Shown here: positions 42,820 to 56,810 of the stretch, in pieces
Layout of the letters: every line of letters begins with the position of its first letter
How positions within the stretch are numbered: the stretch's first letter is position 1
Source: the human T2T-CHM13v2.0 reference genome, Homo sapiens
Assembly (NCBI RefSeq): GCF_009914755.1
Contig: NC_060930.1
DNA: 64,000 nucleotides
Strand: one strand, 5' to 3'
Translations under genes and position numbers: made by a program
Notes under the pieces: generated by a model
Database searches by the model: none
What the model was told of the DNA's origin: nothing
The model's input: only the letters and a program-made list of their open reading frames with translations

Positions 42820-42980
42820 AAAACAATAGCTATTTATTGAAGTTACACTGTGTGCTGAACATTGTGCTAGGTACTTCATAGAATTTATTAACTTAATTTT
42901 TGCCTTACATTAACTTTATTTTATTTTTGAGGAAACTAAGGTTCAGAGGGGCCGAGTAACCTGCTTTTGATCACCCAGAC
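42820..42980 (-). mobile_element. MIR fragment
   Basis: atagctatttattga...tgtgctgaacattgtgctagg...tgaggaaactaaggttcagag. Confidence 0.7.
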
Positions 42981-45539
42981 TGCTCTAGCTGCTTTTACCC
43001 ACATTGCTTTCCTAAACCAGTACTCAAGTAAATGTGCAATCAATAGATGCACAATCAACCTAGGACAGCAGGACAGAATGTCCCCTTCCCTGCTGTCATT
43101 ACCAAGTCAACTTAAGTGGCACTACCTGACTCTCCCTTCTGACCTTTATGAGGCCCTTTCTGACTCCTTCTTCCGGTCAAGGGTGCCTTATTAATGTCCA
43201 TTTTAACCTCATTTTACCTGTGTGTGAAGCTGTATGTCTGGGAGAGGTGCCTCATGCCTATGTAACTCAAACTTGTCATAATTTACGCAAGGGACAATTG
43301 GGAGAGTATCAAGTTGCCTTTGCATAATTGGATCCAGAACTCTTCTAGACTTTTGGCGTTACAAAGTTGGGTTATGAATGTCATGAGAACAAACTCTCTG
43401 GCAAGATATCTAATGCTACTACTTCCAGTCTCAACTAGACATAGCAGGAGACTAGCTTTTCCCAGGGTATTTTAGTGCTTTGGGTTCTGGTCCCAACTGG
43501 AATCAAGCTGTGAAACAACTTCCAAGTAAACATTCAGAATGTTAGTGAAAACGCTTAGTTCAATATTAAGTGTATCAATAGGTGAAGCTGGGGGAGTGGG
43601 GTGATGAGAATGAGTGGAAGGAGTATAGGCATTTTATTTTTTTCCTCCAAATTAGTCATGAGTTAAGACACCCATTGGAGTCCTAGATGGATCTATTGGA
43701 TATTTTACATGCCATTTCCCAAATAGTTCTGTGCAGAGGTAGGGCCAGCTCAGCTGTATTGTTGCTATACTAATGTGGTAGCTCAGTCATTTGGAGTTAA
43801 TTGTTAATCAGGCCAGACATTACTGCAATCCTATTCTGAGAGGTAGAGAGACAAAAAATCCAATATCTTTTTATCCTTGTTATGAAAATGCTCTAAAAAT
43901 TCTTTGACAATAAATAGTCAAAGGAATGACAGAGACAGAGCTATTATAAGAACCAAAAATGCCTCGGTTTTTGGTTTCAATTTTCAAATCATTTTTATCT
44001 GTGAACTAACATCAGCTGGAAAGGATCTGACACATACTGGAAATTGCAAAGGCTGGCTTCCAGCAGCACCCTCTCTGTGACGCTCATTTTGCTATTAAGA
44101 GAAGCCACTTAACAAACCAATTGTCAACAGGGGGAGATGAAAACACAATAGTTAATCAGGCTTTACAAGGTCACACATCTAATTCAAATTGTAAAAGGAC
44201 CCCATTAGTGTCTTCTTTCCCTTGTTCTAGAATGTAGCCTTTCTTCAAATTGAGGGCTTATCACTTTGGATCCCCCTACAAGATAGCAGTCCGTTAATAA
44301 AGGCTTGAAGTACTATTTTCCTAACCGAGGGCCCCCTTTGGAGCCTATTAACACCCTTTTTTATGGCGAGCAGAGCAAGTAGCCACCTCCTGACATGTGC
44401 TGGCACTTCCTAAAAGGTCATTAATGCTCCATATTTCAGAGTATAACAAACCCAGGAAGGCTTACAAGGAGCCCAGCAGGGGTAAATAAAAACAGTGAGT
44501 AATTTGCAGAACTTCTTGTTTCACCTAGGTGGTGCATGGTAAATGAGAGAGAATTAGGCCGTTTCCCTCTTTTGACTTTCGCAAGGATTTGCAGGGTCCT
44601 AGAAATTTCCAGGTAAAATCTAGAAAGCAAGCTTTTGGAGAAAGAGCATTGACCAAATATTTGTATTATAGAAAAGCATCATCACAGCATCAAGGTGGTC
44701 TTATTCCTTACCTATTCTTACTCTTTAGAATGAATATTATTCATAGGTAGGCCTTTTTGGCCTTCTGATGAAGCTCTGCTGTGATTCTTCAATAATATAT
44801 CACATTGAAATTGGCAACTGATGAACAATTCTGGAGCTTCACTTTTTTTCATGTTTTCAAATTTCAAAGACTTTTTAAAATAAACTCATTACATACTTTC
44901 CAGGGGAGCTACTGATGTTGCTAAAACTTACATTGAACACTAGATTAATAGTGGTTTATTTTCATAAATTACATGTTAGGGTCTATGATAGAAACGAATG
45001 TAAAAACATTTTAAAAAATAAACTTTAAAGCATTATCACAAATAAAAAGTATATCTAAATTTCACTTATATATGTCTTTGCCGAGCTGACAAGCCAGTGA
45101 CCTTTCTATATATTTAAAGGTAAATATCACACCAATGAATGCCTATGTAACAATCCCTTCTTGCTCACATTATAGTTTCCTCAAAGGATGGAAGGACCAT
45201 TCCCACTGGCTGTTGCCTCTGGTGAGGTGTTCCTATTCCTCCCATGTTCATAAGCATATCCTTTTGCCCCAGTCCAGCATTTGATAGGATTCTACTGAAA
45301 AGTACCTTCTTACCATACATACCTCCTGATCATGATAAGGTTGCCCATGACCCACTCATCTTCTATTTTTCTGAGCCTGCTAGAGAACCAGAGAGGTGAG
45401 AAGCAACTTGAATTATGCATGAAGGAAAGACCTGGTAATAGCTGCCGGACATTTCTTCAGGTAAGTTAGGCTGGCTAGTTAGGGGCAGGGATTTTTTATT
45501 CTATCTCAAATTCAGATTTAAGGTGACAGTATATATCCC

Positions 45540-45648
45540 AACAACTATATTGAGCACCTACTGTGTGGCAGATACTATTTTAGGTTCTAGGGAAACAATA
45601 GTGAATAAAGCAGAGTAAACCTCCTGTCCTCATCATGCTCGTATTTGC

Positions 45649-45722
<74 letters not shown>

Positions 45723-45905
45723 CAGACAAGCAATAAACAAGATACACAAATTACTAAAATACTATATTGTTTAAGGTTCTAAGTGCTATAGAAACAATAA
45801 AGCAAGAAAGCAAGGAATGGGAGAATGTATGATGAGGAGTTGTGATTTTGAATTGAGGATTCAGGAAAACCTCTCTGAGTAATTACCATTTGAGCACAGA
45901 CTTGA
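45540..45905 (-). mobile_element. L2 3' end containing a microsatellite
   Basis: tattgagcacctactgtgtg...ctattttaggttctagggaaacaatagtgaataa...aagtgctatag...catttgagcacagacttga. Confidence 0.8.
45649..45716. repeat. Compound (GT)11(GA)23 microsatellite
   Basis: Counted directly: GT 45649-45670, GA 45671-45716. Confidence 0.97.
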
Positions 45906-46140
45906 GAAATCTACTTTTTCCACTTAATTGTTAATTGATGGATAAAATGAGTATTCCCATCAAAGAGTTACAGTAGAAGAATTAAACAGGCTTCATTTAC
46001 ATTGCAAGATAAATATGTTAAATGCCTTAAGAAATCTATGAGCGAAACAGCAGAGTGGGTAGAGGAGAAAGAGAAGGGAAAGTTGGTGGGAGGAAAGAGA
46101 GAAGACAGAGGTATCCTCTCATTAAAATGATTAGAATCTT

Positions 46141-46440
<300 letters not shown>

Positions 46441-47094
46441 TTAGAGATAGATGTATGAAGAAGCATTGCCTCAAGACTATGAGAAATCTGATATAATTTA
46501 AAGATTTAATTGTTGGTGATTGTACCTTTGCTGACTACCATTAGCCTAGCCTATAGGAGAAGAGATGAATCAGGCCCTCTGACATTTTTGTTACGGCTCT
46601 ATGAAAGGAATCAAAACTAGGATTGAGAAGCTGAGTTTCCTTATCCTGCTAACCATTATACTTGATTACAAAGGTGTATGCTACCCAGAGGACACTCTAG
46701 TTAATACTCTATTACTGGTCAGAGCTTTGGCCCCATTGCCTATCTGTTCTCTGACCCTGTAAGGAAAGGTGGCCTTGAGGACTAACTCCTTATATCACTG
46801 TAGCCTGAGGCCCACCATTTACTGGAGGAGTGGGCTCCTTGGCCCTCTGTCCCAAACCCACACCTGTCCTGGCTCTCTGCTTCTTACACTCATACTGTGA
46901 ATGGAGTCATGGAACATAGAGTGAAACTGATCATTTGTCCTGATCCAGATCCATCTATCCCCCACTTCTCTCCATGTAAAAGTGCTTCTGAGAACACAAT
47001 TTAGACCTTGACCCTTCCAGAGCTCTTCTCACCTGGTAGTGAGTGACTAGGAGAAGCCCCAAACTTAAAATAGAGCATGAACATGAGCACTATG

Positions 47095-48080
47095 TAGCTC
47101 TGTGTTATCTATTTTAATGGCTATATGGTATTCCATTGAATGGAGATACCTTAACGTAGTTAACTAAATATTTGGTAGAAGGTACTGAGTTTGTTTCTAG
47201 CTTTTTTCTCCCCTGTTATAGGGATACACATTACTTAAATGGTATATTATGTCTAGTATTTTATAATAATATAGTATAGTATTTTCTAGATAGATCATTC
47301 CCACTTTAAATTATAAAAATATTTACATTTTACTCTAATACTACTCTAATTTTTCTTTATTTGTTACATTTTTATTCACTTGTGTTTTATTCTAGTACTT
47401 TTATGTTTTACTTTTTAAACTTTACATGTTAAATTTTAAGTATTTAAATGATATTCAATAATCTTATGGCTTATTATAAAATATTCACCCATATTTTATG
47501 TGGACCATTTGGAGTTGATTTTGGAATAAGAAGTGAGGTAGGGCTCCAATTTTATATTTTATTAAATATAAATGCTAAATGCTAATCAATTTTGTAAACA
47601 CTACTTATTGAATAATCCCTAGTTCTCTCTCATTCACAAATTTGAAATGCTAATCTTTTAAATATATCAAATTCTAAACATGCTTGTCTTTGTTTCTGAA
47701 TTTCTCTTCATTCCATTGTCTTTCTTCTATTCCTGTACCATCAGCACATGGTTTTAATTATAATAGATTTTATAATTGAACATCTGCCAGGACAAGTACC
47801 TCTTCGCTACTTTTCTTTTCCAAAATTTTATTATATGTCATAACATGTTTATTTTTCCAAGTGAAATTTTGAATTATTTTGTCCAGGCTCAAAAATAATC
47901 CTCTTTTAGATTTCTAATATGGATCACTTTGAATTTAAAAATAAATTTAAGGATAAATGACATTTTTATGTTACTGATTCTACTGAACCAACAGACAAAG
48001 TATGGCTTTCCAATATTTCAAGGTTTTCTTTGTTTTGTTTTGGTGTGTGTGTATTTCCCAGCAATGTTTTGTTTTATTCA
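47095..48080 (-). mobile_element. L1ME-type fragments
   Basis: ttttaatggctatatggtattccattg, ccatttggagttgattttgg...gtgaggtagggctccaatt, ctattcctgtaccatcagcaca...ttttaattataatag. Confidence 0.7.
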
Positions 48081-48087
48081 CTGATAT

Positions 48088-48385
48088 TGTATCAGGATTT
48101 GTCAAGTGTTAGCAACAGAAACTGAGATTAGCTAATTTAAACAAAAAAGGAATTTTAATTCAGAGAAAACTGTCAGCTCAGAAAGTTGCTAAAAGGTTGG
48201 AGAAGTAAGCCTGGAAAAAAGACAAAAATCGGGGCAGTTCTGGCAGGAAGCACTGGGCAGTCTTGTCTGGGAACTAAAGCGGGAGAGATGAACATGGACT
48301 GTCTTCCTATGTTCTTGCTTTATGTTGCTTAAGATCAAAGTTCTGTTTTGGGACTGAGGTATCTAAGTGGCTTGACTTGATATAA
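48088..48385 (-). mobile_element. Old MLT1 LTR fragment
   Basis: tgtatcagg...agcaacagaaac...agctaatttaaacaaaaaaggaatttt...cagctcagaaa. Confidence 0.55.
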
Positions 48386-48918
48386 AAGAAAACTTACATA
48401 ACTCTGGTAAGAGTCTCTACATGCATACAACAGGAAGACCCAGCTGAGTCCCAGTGGAAGATAGGCTCTGGGAGGTTGGTGACCTTATCTTCAACTAGGA
48501 TTCATTTGTTTTGTCAGACTAATGGGGTTGAGAAATATCCTGAGAAAAGATCATGAACAGGATCAATGATGGCAGTCTAGAAATATACAGATATCCCAGA
48601 AAGCCTTGGGAGGATGCAGTGGAAGGCAAAACACAACATGTCAAGCTAGATTCAGTACAGAACATGAAGGAGAGTAAGATGAGAGAGAGAAGGCGATCTG
48701 AGTATAGTGTATTATTGTGATCTTAATGTACCTTGGCTCAGCCACTCTGACATCATGAATGTCCCCTTTGTTTACATGCTCTGTGTATAAAAATTACAAT
48801 AACTATCACAACTGGGGGTCTACAAACTATTTCTGACTGTAGTTTCAAAGTAGGGTTTGGTGAGCGGAAAGCTGTTTTCTTTCCAAGTAGTGACAGGTAA
48901 GCACTGAGAGTTTTGATC

Positions 48919-49029
48919 AGTGCCAGGGCTATGTATGGTTGTGCAAGTTGTACACTGCACAATTTCAGAGGTTGTCTTTCACATAGACTACAGTGTGCAT
49001 GTACTTTATGGCTGTACTTCGTTCCCCTG
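48919..49029. mobile_element. MER91-like hAT MITE, internally deleted
   Basis: ggttgtgcaagttgtacactgcacaatttcagagg...ttcacatagactacagtgtg. Confidence 0.65.
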
Positions 49030-50014
49030 CCAAGAGTAAACATCAGCTGGGGCAGTAGGGAGAGCAGCATCTCAAGGCAACATCAGTAGTCTGAGACGGA
49101 GTAGCCATGATGGTGCATGGCAGTGGGCTGGCCCCAAGTGATGGTCAGCTGTGGACAGTGACTTGGAAAAGCTCAATAGCTTAAATTAGAGTGCTGGCCT
49201 GAGAAAACTCTGAGTATAACGGGCAAGCCCTGGGAGCTTCCTGAGATACTAGGATAGGAGAGGATATTAAAAGGTGGTGGAGGAACTGGCTATGTTTGTG
49301 AAAATTGAGAAACTTGATGTGTTAGTGGGGCCCATTTTCATAGGACCCTGGAGTCTTGGATTATCCACGTAGACAAATATGCTTAGTTTATTTTCAGACC
49401 TTAGATTTATGGTTGAGATCTGTTTGTTCTTTTTGGAGGTTTGATTAAAAATCCCTTCTTTGTTAATGGGAAGAGCATGGCTGCTGTAAATCTTTACTAT
49501 CTGGCTGTGAAAAAGCATGTAGCCACGTGGCCTAATAGTCGCTGCCATAGTAAGTTTTTCCTGAATCTTGTTTACTGGCACAAATAGTAAAGTGAAATGA
49601 CATTAAATGGACTGGTGATCTGAGTGCTCCATGATAAATCACAAGGAAATAATTCTTGGCCATGACATTTAAAGAAAAAGGAAAAAAATAATAAAATAAT
49701 GATTTTTAAGAGATCTTCAGGAAAGGGAAACAATTCAGATTTTTTTTTTTAACAGAAAGCACACACAAAGAGGATAAGACTACCTAGTAAAAAGTCTTTT
49801 CCTTTCAACCTAATCATAACAAAATAAACATGATGGGAAACTATACGGAGTAGTTTTAACAGTGGAATTTCTAAGTCCACAGAGAAGGCAGTATCTTAAA
49901 GGACCTGTGGTTCCAGCACTTTATAGAAATTCACCACTGCTGCAATCAGCTCCAGAGGAGGGGGGGCAATGAGCCAATTGGCAGAAAGGCAAAGCGGACT
50001 CAGGCCAAATATCA

Positions 50015-50300
<286 letters not shown>

Positions 50301-50604
50301 AATTCACCTCACTGATGCCTTGCTTGTCCACACAATATTCAGCATAATATACCCACTTTACCTTGAGCATTTACATAAAACCCTTGGAAGTCAAGAAACA
50401 CTTTCTTTTAATGAGGAAGAAAATACGAGATAATTGATGAAAGAAAAGAAGAAATAACTGGCCTAATATTCCATAAGCTATTCCTCAGTACTAGTAAGAG
50501 GATTTATAAAGAATTGACATCTTCAGAGTGGGTTTTGAGGAAAAGGTGTAACACATAAAGCCTTTGTAGAGAAGGAAAGCAACTATATATGAGAGAACTT
50601 CAAA

Positions 50605-50790
50605 TGCCAGGAACTTTGCATTATCTCTTGAGGTGTGGATATCATTATTCCTATTTTATCAAAAAGGAAAATGAGGCTCAAAAAGCGTAAGTGACTGCTG
50701 GAGTCACTCATCCAGTAAATGATAGAGTCAGAATTGAACTGAGTCACCTCTGAGGGTAACTCGGGTTCTGTTTCCACTACACCCAGGCTG
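50605..50790 (-). mobile_element. MIR
   Basis: tatcattattcctatttta...aggaaaatgaggctca...aagtgact...gagtcagaattgaac...tttccactacacca-like end. Confidence 0.75.
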
Positions 50791-52694
50791 CTCTTCCTCC
50801 TGACCTCCCTCCAACTATGGAACCCTATGGTGCTCATATTTGTAGGTGCTGTCCTCCAAGTGTGTATTGGCAAACAGTCCCTCCACTTACAGGTCAGGTA
50901 GCAGCTCTGGACTCTCCATCAATCACAAGAGTATTAGTGGTTCTACTCTATCGTCCACCTGATTGCTCGCTCACTCATGTCTTCACCTCTGCAAACCTCT
51001 GTTAACTCTTGTTTAAATATGCATTACTGAGAGTGATAGCATTTACATTCTCTTGAGTAATTTTACTTAATTCTTCTGAGCTTTGTTAGTCAAGTACAAG
51101 TTCACTTTAAATCCCGGAAGGGAAACTAGGTTCTCCTTTTTAAAAAATAAATAGACTGATAAGTCAGAAATATATCAGACTCATTCAATATGCCACCACT
51201 GTCATACTCAGAGCCAGGGAGAGGGAAGAGGTTTCATTCATTGTTACTCCTGGAAGAGCATGACACATTCTAGGGATGGAGAGGGACTGCTTGAGTCATG
51301 TTCCAGTAGCTATTGGGACCACAAAGAATGTGACTGCAATTCTGTTAGCAGGATTCAGGAGGTATACCTGCAATGGCCTGCAATGTCATCATGGCCTCCT
51401 AAAAGGAGAATAAAAGACATCAGGTTCTGTATGAACATTTGGGGGTTTTACAGGAGTTACCAGTCTTTCACCATTGAAGGTGCCTATTCACTAGTAACTT
51501 TCTCATTTTTTCAAGTAATAACACAAAAGACAAGCATAAATGTATGCCTAAGTCATAATTTATGCCTGAATTCAAACTATACTTAAGTTGCTTCTTCTTG
51601 CTTATTACTTAAGGTCTAAAGGTAGCAACTAATTTCAGGGAAAGTCTACTGATGAAGGAAAAAATAGGTGTTTATTGAATGACAAGTTGCTTTGAAGGCT
51701 CATTCTACACAAAGAGAGATTTTTCCCAGAGACCTCTACTTTGTCTATGCGTACATTTTCATAGCTGAAGTCCAGTGAAAAGCATTTACATTATTATGCT
51801 TATGTAAATATTGCTCACTATTTATAAAATAAATGTTACATCCTCAAACCCCTTATGACCCCTGAGCAATCAGGGTTCCAGTGTTAGCTCAACAGAATTT
51901 CATTTATTTAAAGTATTTCAAGTACTCTAATCATGTTACAGTTTAGTTTGTTTCCTACTTTATAACTTGTTTGAACAGCTTTTGTTTTCCTGGGGTTTCT
52001 AATTACGAGGAGAAGAAATAGAGCCTTCTGCACCATATTATTATGACCTTGTAGCCTCTGGCTCATCCCATCTGTTGAATGGGATCAATTCCTTTCTCCT
52101 GCCTGAAAAGTTAGTCATGGAGCCCATTAAGTTTCTGTTCTTGTTTGGAGCAATTGCTTTATGGGTTGTCTACACCTCTGTCAACCTCTGATTTATTTTT
52201 ATTGAGCTTTTGAGTTATTCCCAGAGATTATTAATAGCTCAAGGCTCTTTCTTTCTTGAATTTGACACTTACTTTGTTAGAGCATATCTTTAAGTTACTT
52301 ACTTAAAAAGGCTATGCAGGAGGTAAACTTTCTAAGCACTTTTGTATAAATGATGTTTTTATTTCCTCACCATATTTAAAATGTAGAATAATAGGTTCAA
52401 AATAACTTTTCCCTAAAACGTTTAAGATACCAACCCACTGTACCTTTCTGCATTTATTTTAGGCTTCCTCTTATTTGTTTTTCTGCAAAAATGTTTCCAT
52501 ATACTGTCCATCTTCAAGGAATTTGTAGAGTTCTCTCTCTCTCTCTCTTTTTTAAAAACCAAATGATCTTCCTTTCTTCACAGTTAGGGGTTTAGTCCAT
52601 TTAAGAGAAAATTTTATTATCAATTTAGTTGTATTTATGAAGGGAGAGAAGACACACTTCTACATTCTATTTGTGCTCAATCCACTTTCTTGAT

Positions 52695-53925
<1,231 letters not shown>

Positions 53926-54247
53926 GAAACTTGGCCTTCACCTGTTAAAAGTACAAATACCTTTGGGCTGAGAGTGAAAGAGGAAGCTAACCTTATCCCA
54001 TGCATTCCAATAACCAACTTATTCTGAACAGCTTGAGAGAACAGTAAATCAGAGCTTTTCAAGGGCATATAAACAAGGCTTTAATAATACCTCTTTATGT
54101 GAACTAGGAAATGGACAACAGTTTCTTTGGAACTGGAAAGCTGACAGTGGTTATAACTGGTGTTTAATCCTAACCCAGGGAGAATTATGTCAGTGTTGGA
54201 AATCCTGTGTACAAGTTGCTTTTGATTTTTTTTTTGGTAGCAGTGTC

Positions 54248-54410
54248 ATATATATGTGTGTGTGTGTGTGTCTAAATAGATAGATATACATAGATATACA
54301 TGCCATATATATACACATATTACACACATATAAACACATATATTTACACACATATTTACTGATATATTAAACATATATAAGCACATATATACATATATAA
54401 ACCTATATAT
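54248..54410. repeat. (TA)/(TG)/(CATA)-rich low-complexity tract
   Basis: atatatatgtgtgtgtgtgtgtg...atagatatacat...acacatata repeats. Confidence 0.85.
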
Positions 54411-54611
54411 TAAAGTTTGAGCCTCAACTAGTTGTATTTCAGACATACTTCCTTTTCTCCTAAATCTTATAATAGGATGTCTGGGTACTTGGTTACTGTA
54501 AGTCTTGGGGTTGCTACTCATGGGTAGAATTTAGGGTGCATGCCCATGTGACTTTTGAGGCAACCCGTCTTTCTGAATCTTTAACTCTTAGAAATGTTCA
54601 GACTCCTTCTG

Positions 54612-54927
54612 GGTCAGGTGCGGTGGCTCACGCCTGTAATCCTAGTGACTTGGAAGGCCGAGGTGGGAGGATCACTTGGGGCCAGGAATTCGAAGCTAGC
54701 CTGGGCAACATAAGGAGACCCTGTCTCTAGAAAAAAAAGAAGATATTAGCTGGGTGTGGGGTGGAGTGTACTTGTTGTCTTAGGTACTGGGGAGGCTGAA
54801 GAAGGAGGATCACTTTGAGCCCTGGAGTTCAAGGCTGCAGTGAGCTATGCAGCCTGGGTGATAGAATGAGGCCCTGCCTCAAAAACAAACAAACAAACAA
54901 ACAAGCAAACAAAAACCCAATAAAAAA
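54612..54927 (+). mobile_element. AluJ with (AAAC)n tail
   Basis: gggaggatcacttggggccagga, ggagttcaaggctgcagtgagctatg. Diverged TSD agaaatgttcagact / agaaatgtttaaact. Confidence 0.93.
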
Positions 54928-55052
54928 AGAAATGTTTAAACTTCTTTTCTGACAAAGTTGTGACCACTCAGTTTTTGTTCGTTTGTTTTAACAGACTTCA
55001 TGGTGCCCTGAGGAAAAAATAACCCTTCTAAAATTGATTTTATCATACTGTT

Positions 55053-55277
55053 CAAGCTTGTCCAACCCACAGCCTGTGGGCCACATGTGGCCCAGGATGG
55101 TTTTGAAAGTGATCCAGCACAATTTCATAAACGTCCTTAAAACATTATGGGATTTTTTTTGCAATTTTTTTTTTTTTAGCTCATCAGCTATTGTTAGTGT
55201 TAGCGTATTTTATGTGTGACCCAAGATAATTCTTCTTCCAATGTGGCCCAGGGAAGTCAAAAGATTGGACATTCCTG
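55053..55277 (-). mobile_element. MER30, full length
   Basis: caagcttgtccaaccc...agctcatcagctattgttagtgttag...ttcttccaatgtggcccagggaag...attggacattcctg is the reverse complement of the copy at 7993-8214. Confidence 0.92.
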
Positions 55278-56554
55278 ATGTAGTTGTTCAGGCTGACCAT
55301 ACTACCATTTGATACCAGAGTTCCTCTAGCTAAAACTCATCCATCCCTCATCCTCTTTTTTCAGGAAATTTTGGATTTGAGAATATGCAGGTGAACCTGG
55401 CTACTGACATGGGTTACCCAAGACCATGAAGGGAAGAGACCACTTTCTCAGGAGACCTCACCTGTCACTAAATCTTTACTTTGCCCACTGTCTTAAATGC
55501 CACTGGTTGGATTAATAGGATTAGTTATTCATACTTAAATTGGTTTAAATGTCCAAGATTTTTTCCTTCCATCTACTTTAGGCCGGTTGAGGAAATGAGG
55601 TTTGGAGGTGAATGGAGGGGGAGGTGAGAAAGGAAGCTCTGGGGCAAGCAGGGACAGGCAGGAGGCGGTTAGGACTGACGGAGAGGGTACAAAAGACAGT
55701 GTGGCCTCCTCCCAAGGCAGCATCCCATTATGCAAGCCACGGACCTCTGAGAGCTGTAGAATGCTGCTGTCCACATCACTAGTTTGGGACGTCTCTATCT
55801 TTTGGTGATAAAAGAGCAAAATACTCATTTCCCCCAAAGTTAACCCTCTGGTTTGAGGGTCTGTAACCCTAATTCCTGAGGTATCTCAGCCTCTTAGCCC
55901 AATGTGGTCCAACTATGTCCATGCTGAGAATTCTCTCCACAGCTTCCTCACAGCTGGAACCATATTTGAACAAGCGATGACTCACTGGACTGTGTATTCC
56001 AATTTCTCTGTAAGAAAGGTAATAAGAAAAGGAAACGCCTACAGGGGAAGGACTTTAGGGGTGGTTTTTGGACTTTTTCCTGAAAATATGAGGCAATATT
56101 TATCTTCTAGGCCTCAGTTTGATGCTAGCTGGGGGAGCTGGGGGAGGCAGACTCTGTATCCCTGTTCAAAAAAACCTAGCTTTAGTTTCTTTTTTTTAAT
56201 TTTTCTATTAGAATTAAAGAAGAGGACATTTTTGAGTTTCATGTGTTTAGATAGCTGCAAATTGAGCTCATTCCTGGGTCAGGCTAGCTAATTTGGCCTC
56301 CTGAAGCCGTGGAAATGTGCAGCCAGACCCCTGAAATAATATACAACAAATAGCTATGACATGATTGAGTTATATGTCTCTTACAAGTCACTTTAGTTTG
56401 CTTTCTCTCATCTGTCAGGTTTTTTTTAAACTACATTAGTAATTCATATCTTACACATAGAAAATGAAAAGATTCACCTTATGGATTACTCAAAATAAGT
56501 AATTTGGAATTTTTGCATATGCAGGATGAATTTAGATAGAAATTGAAAAGGGCT

Positions 56555-56810
56555 TAAGACTTACTGAACATGTTTTATGTGCCAGGTATTGTTTAGGTGC
56601 TTTAATATATTTTCCTATTTTATTTTTCATTACAAAAACAATACCACTTTGCAAAAAGTATTATTAAGATATTTTATAGTTGACAAAATTGACTTGGAAT
56701 GAACTGCAGTAATTTGCCCAAGGTCTCTTAGCCTATAAGTGGTTGAGTTACATTCAAATATAGGCTTTTGTGATATCAAATCAGAACTTTTTCTATCATC
56801 CCACAGTGTC
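56555..56810 (-). mobile_element. MIR, near full length
   Basis: acttactgaacatgttttatgtgccagg...gtaatttgcccaaggtc...ctttttctatcatcccacagtgtct. Confidence 0.75.

Noticed and set aside
44124-44140. CTCF-like site tgtcaacagggggagatg
   Set aside because: Mismatches at key core positions (lacks the CC start and the GGC end). Not supportable without ChIP data.
52280-52460. Possible HAL1/L1ME fragment
   Set aside because: Too diverged to assign by eye.
55902-56291. Longest non-repeat ORFs (129 aa here; also 26627-26995, 25264-25602, 49267-49581, 51260-51586)
   Set aside because: No recognisable domain or coding-like composition. The lengths are compatible with chance in 64 kb x 6 frames.
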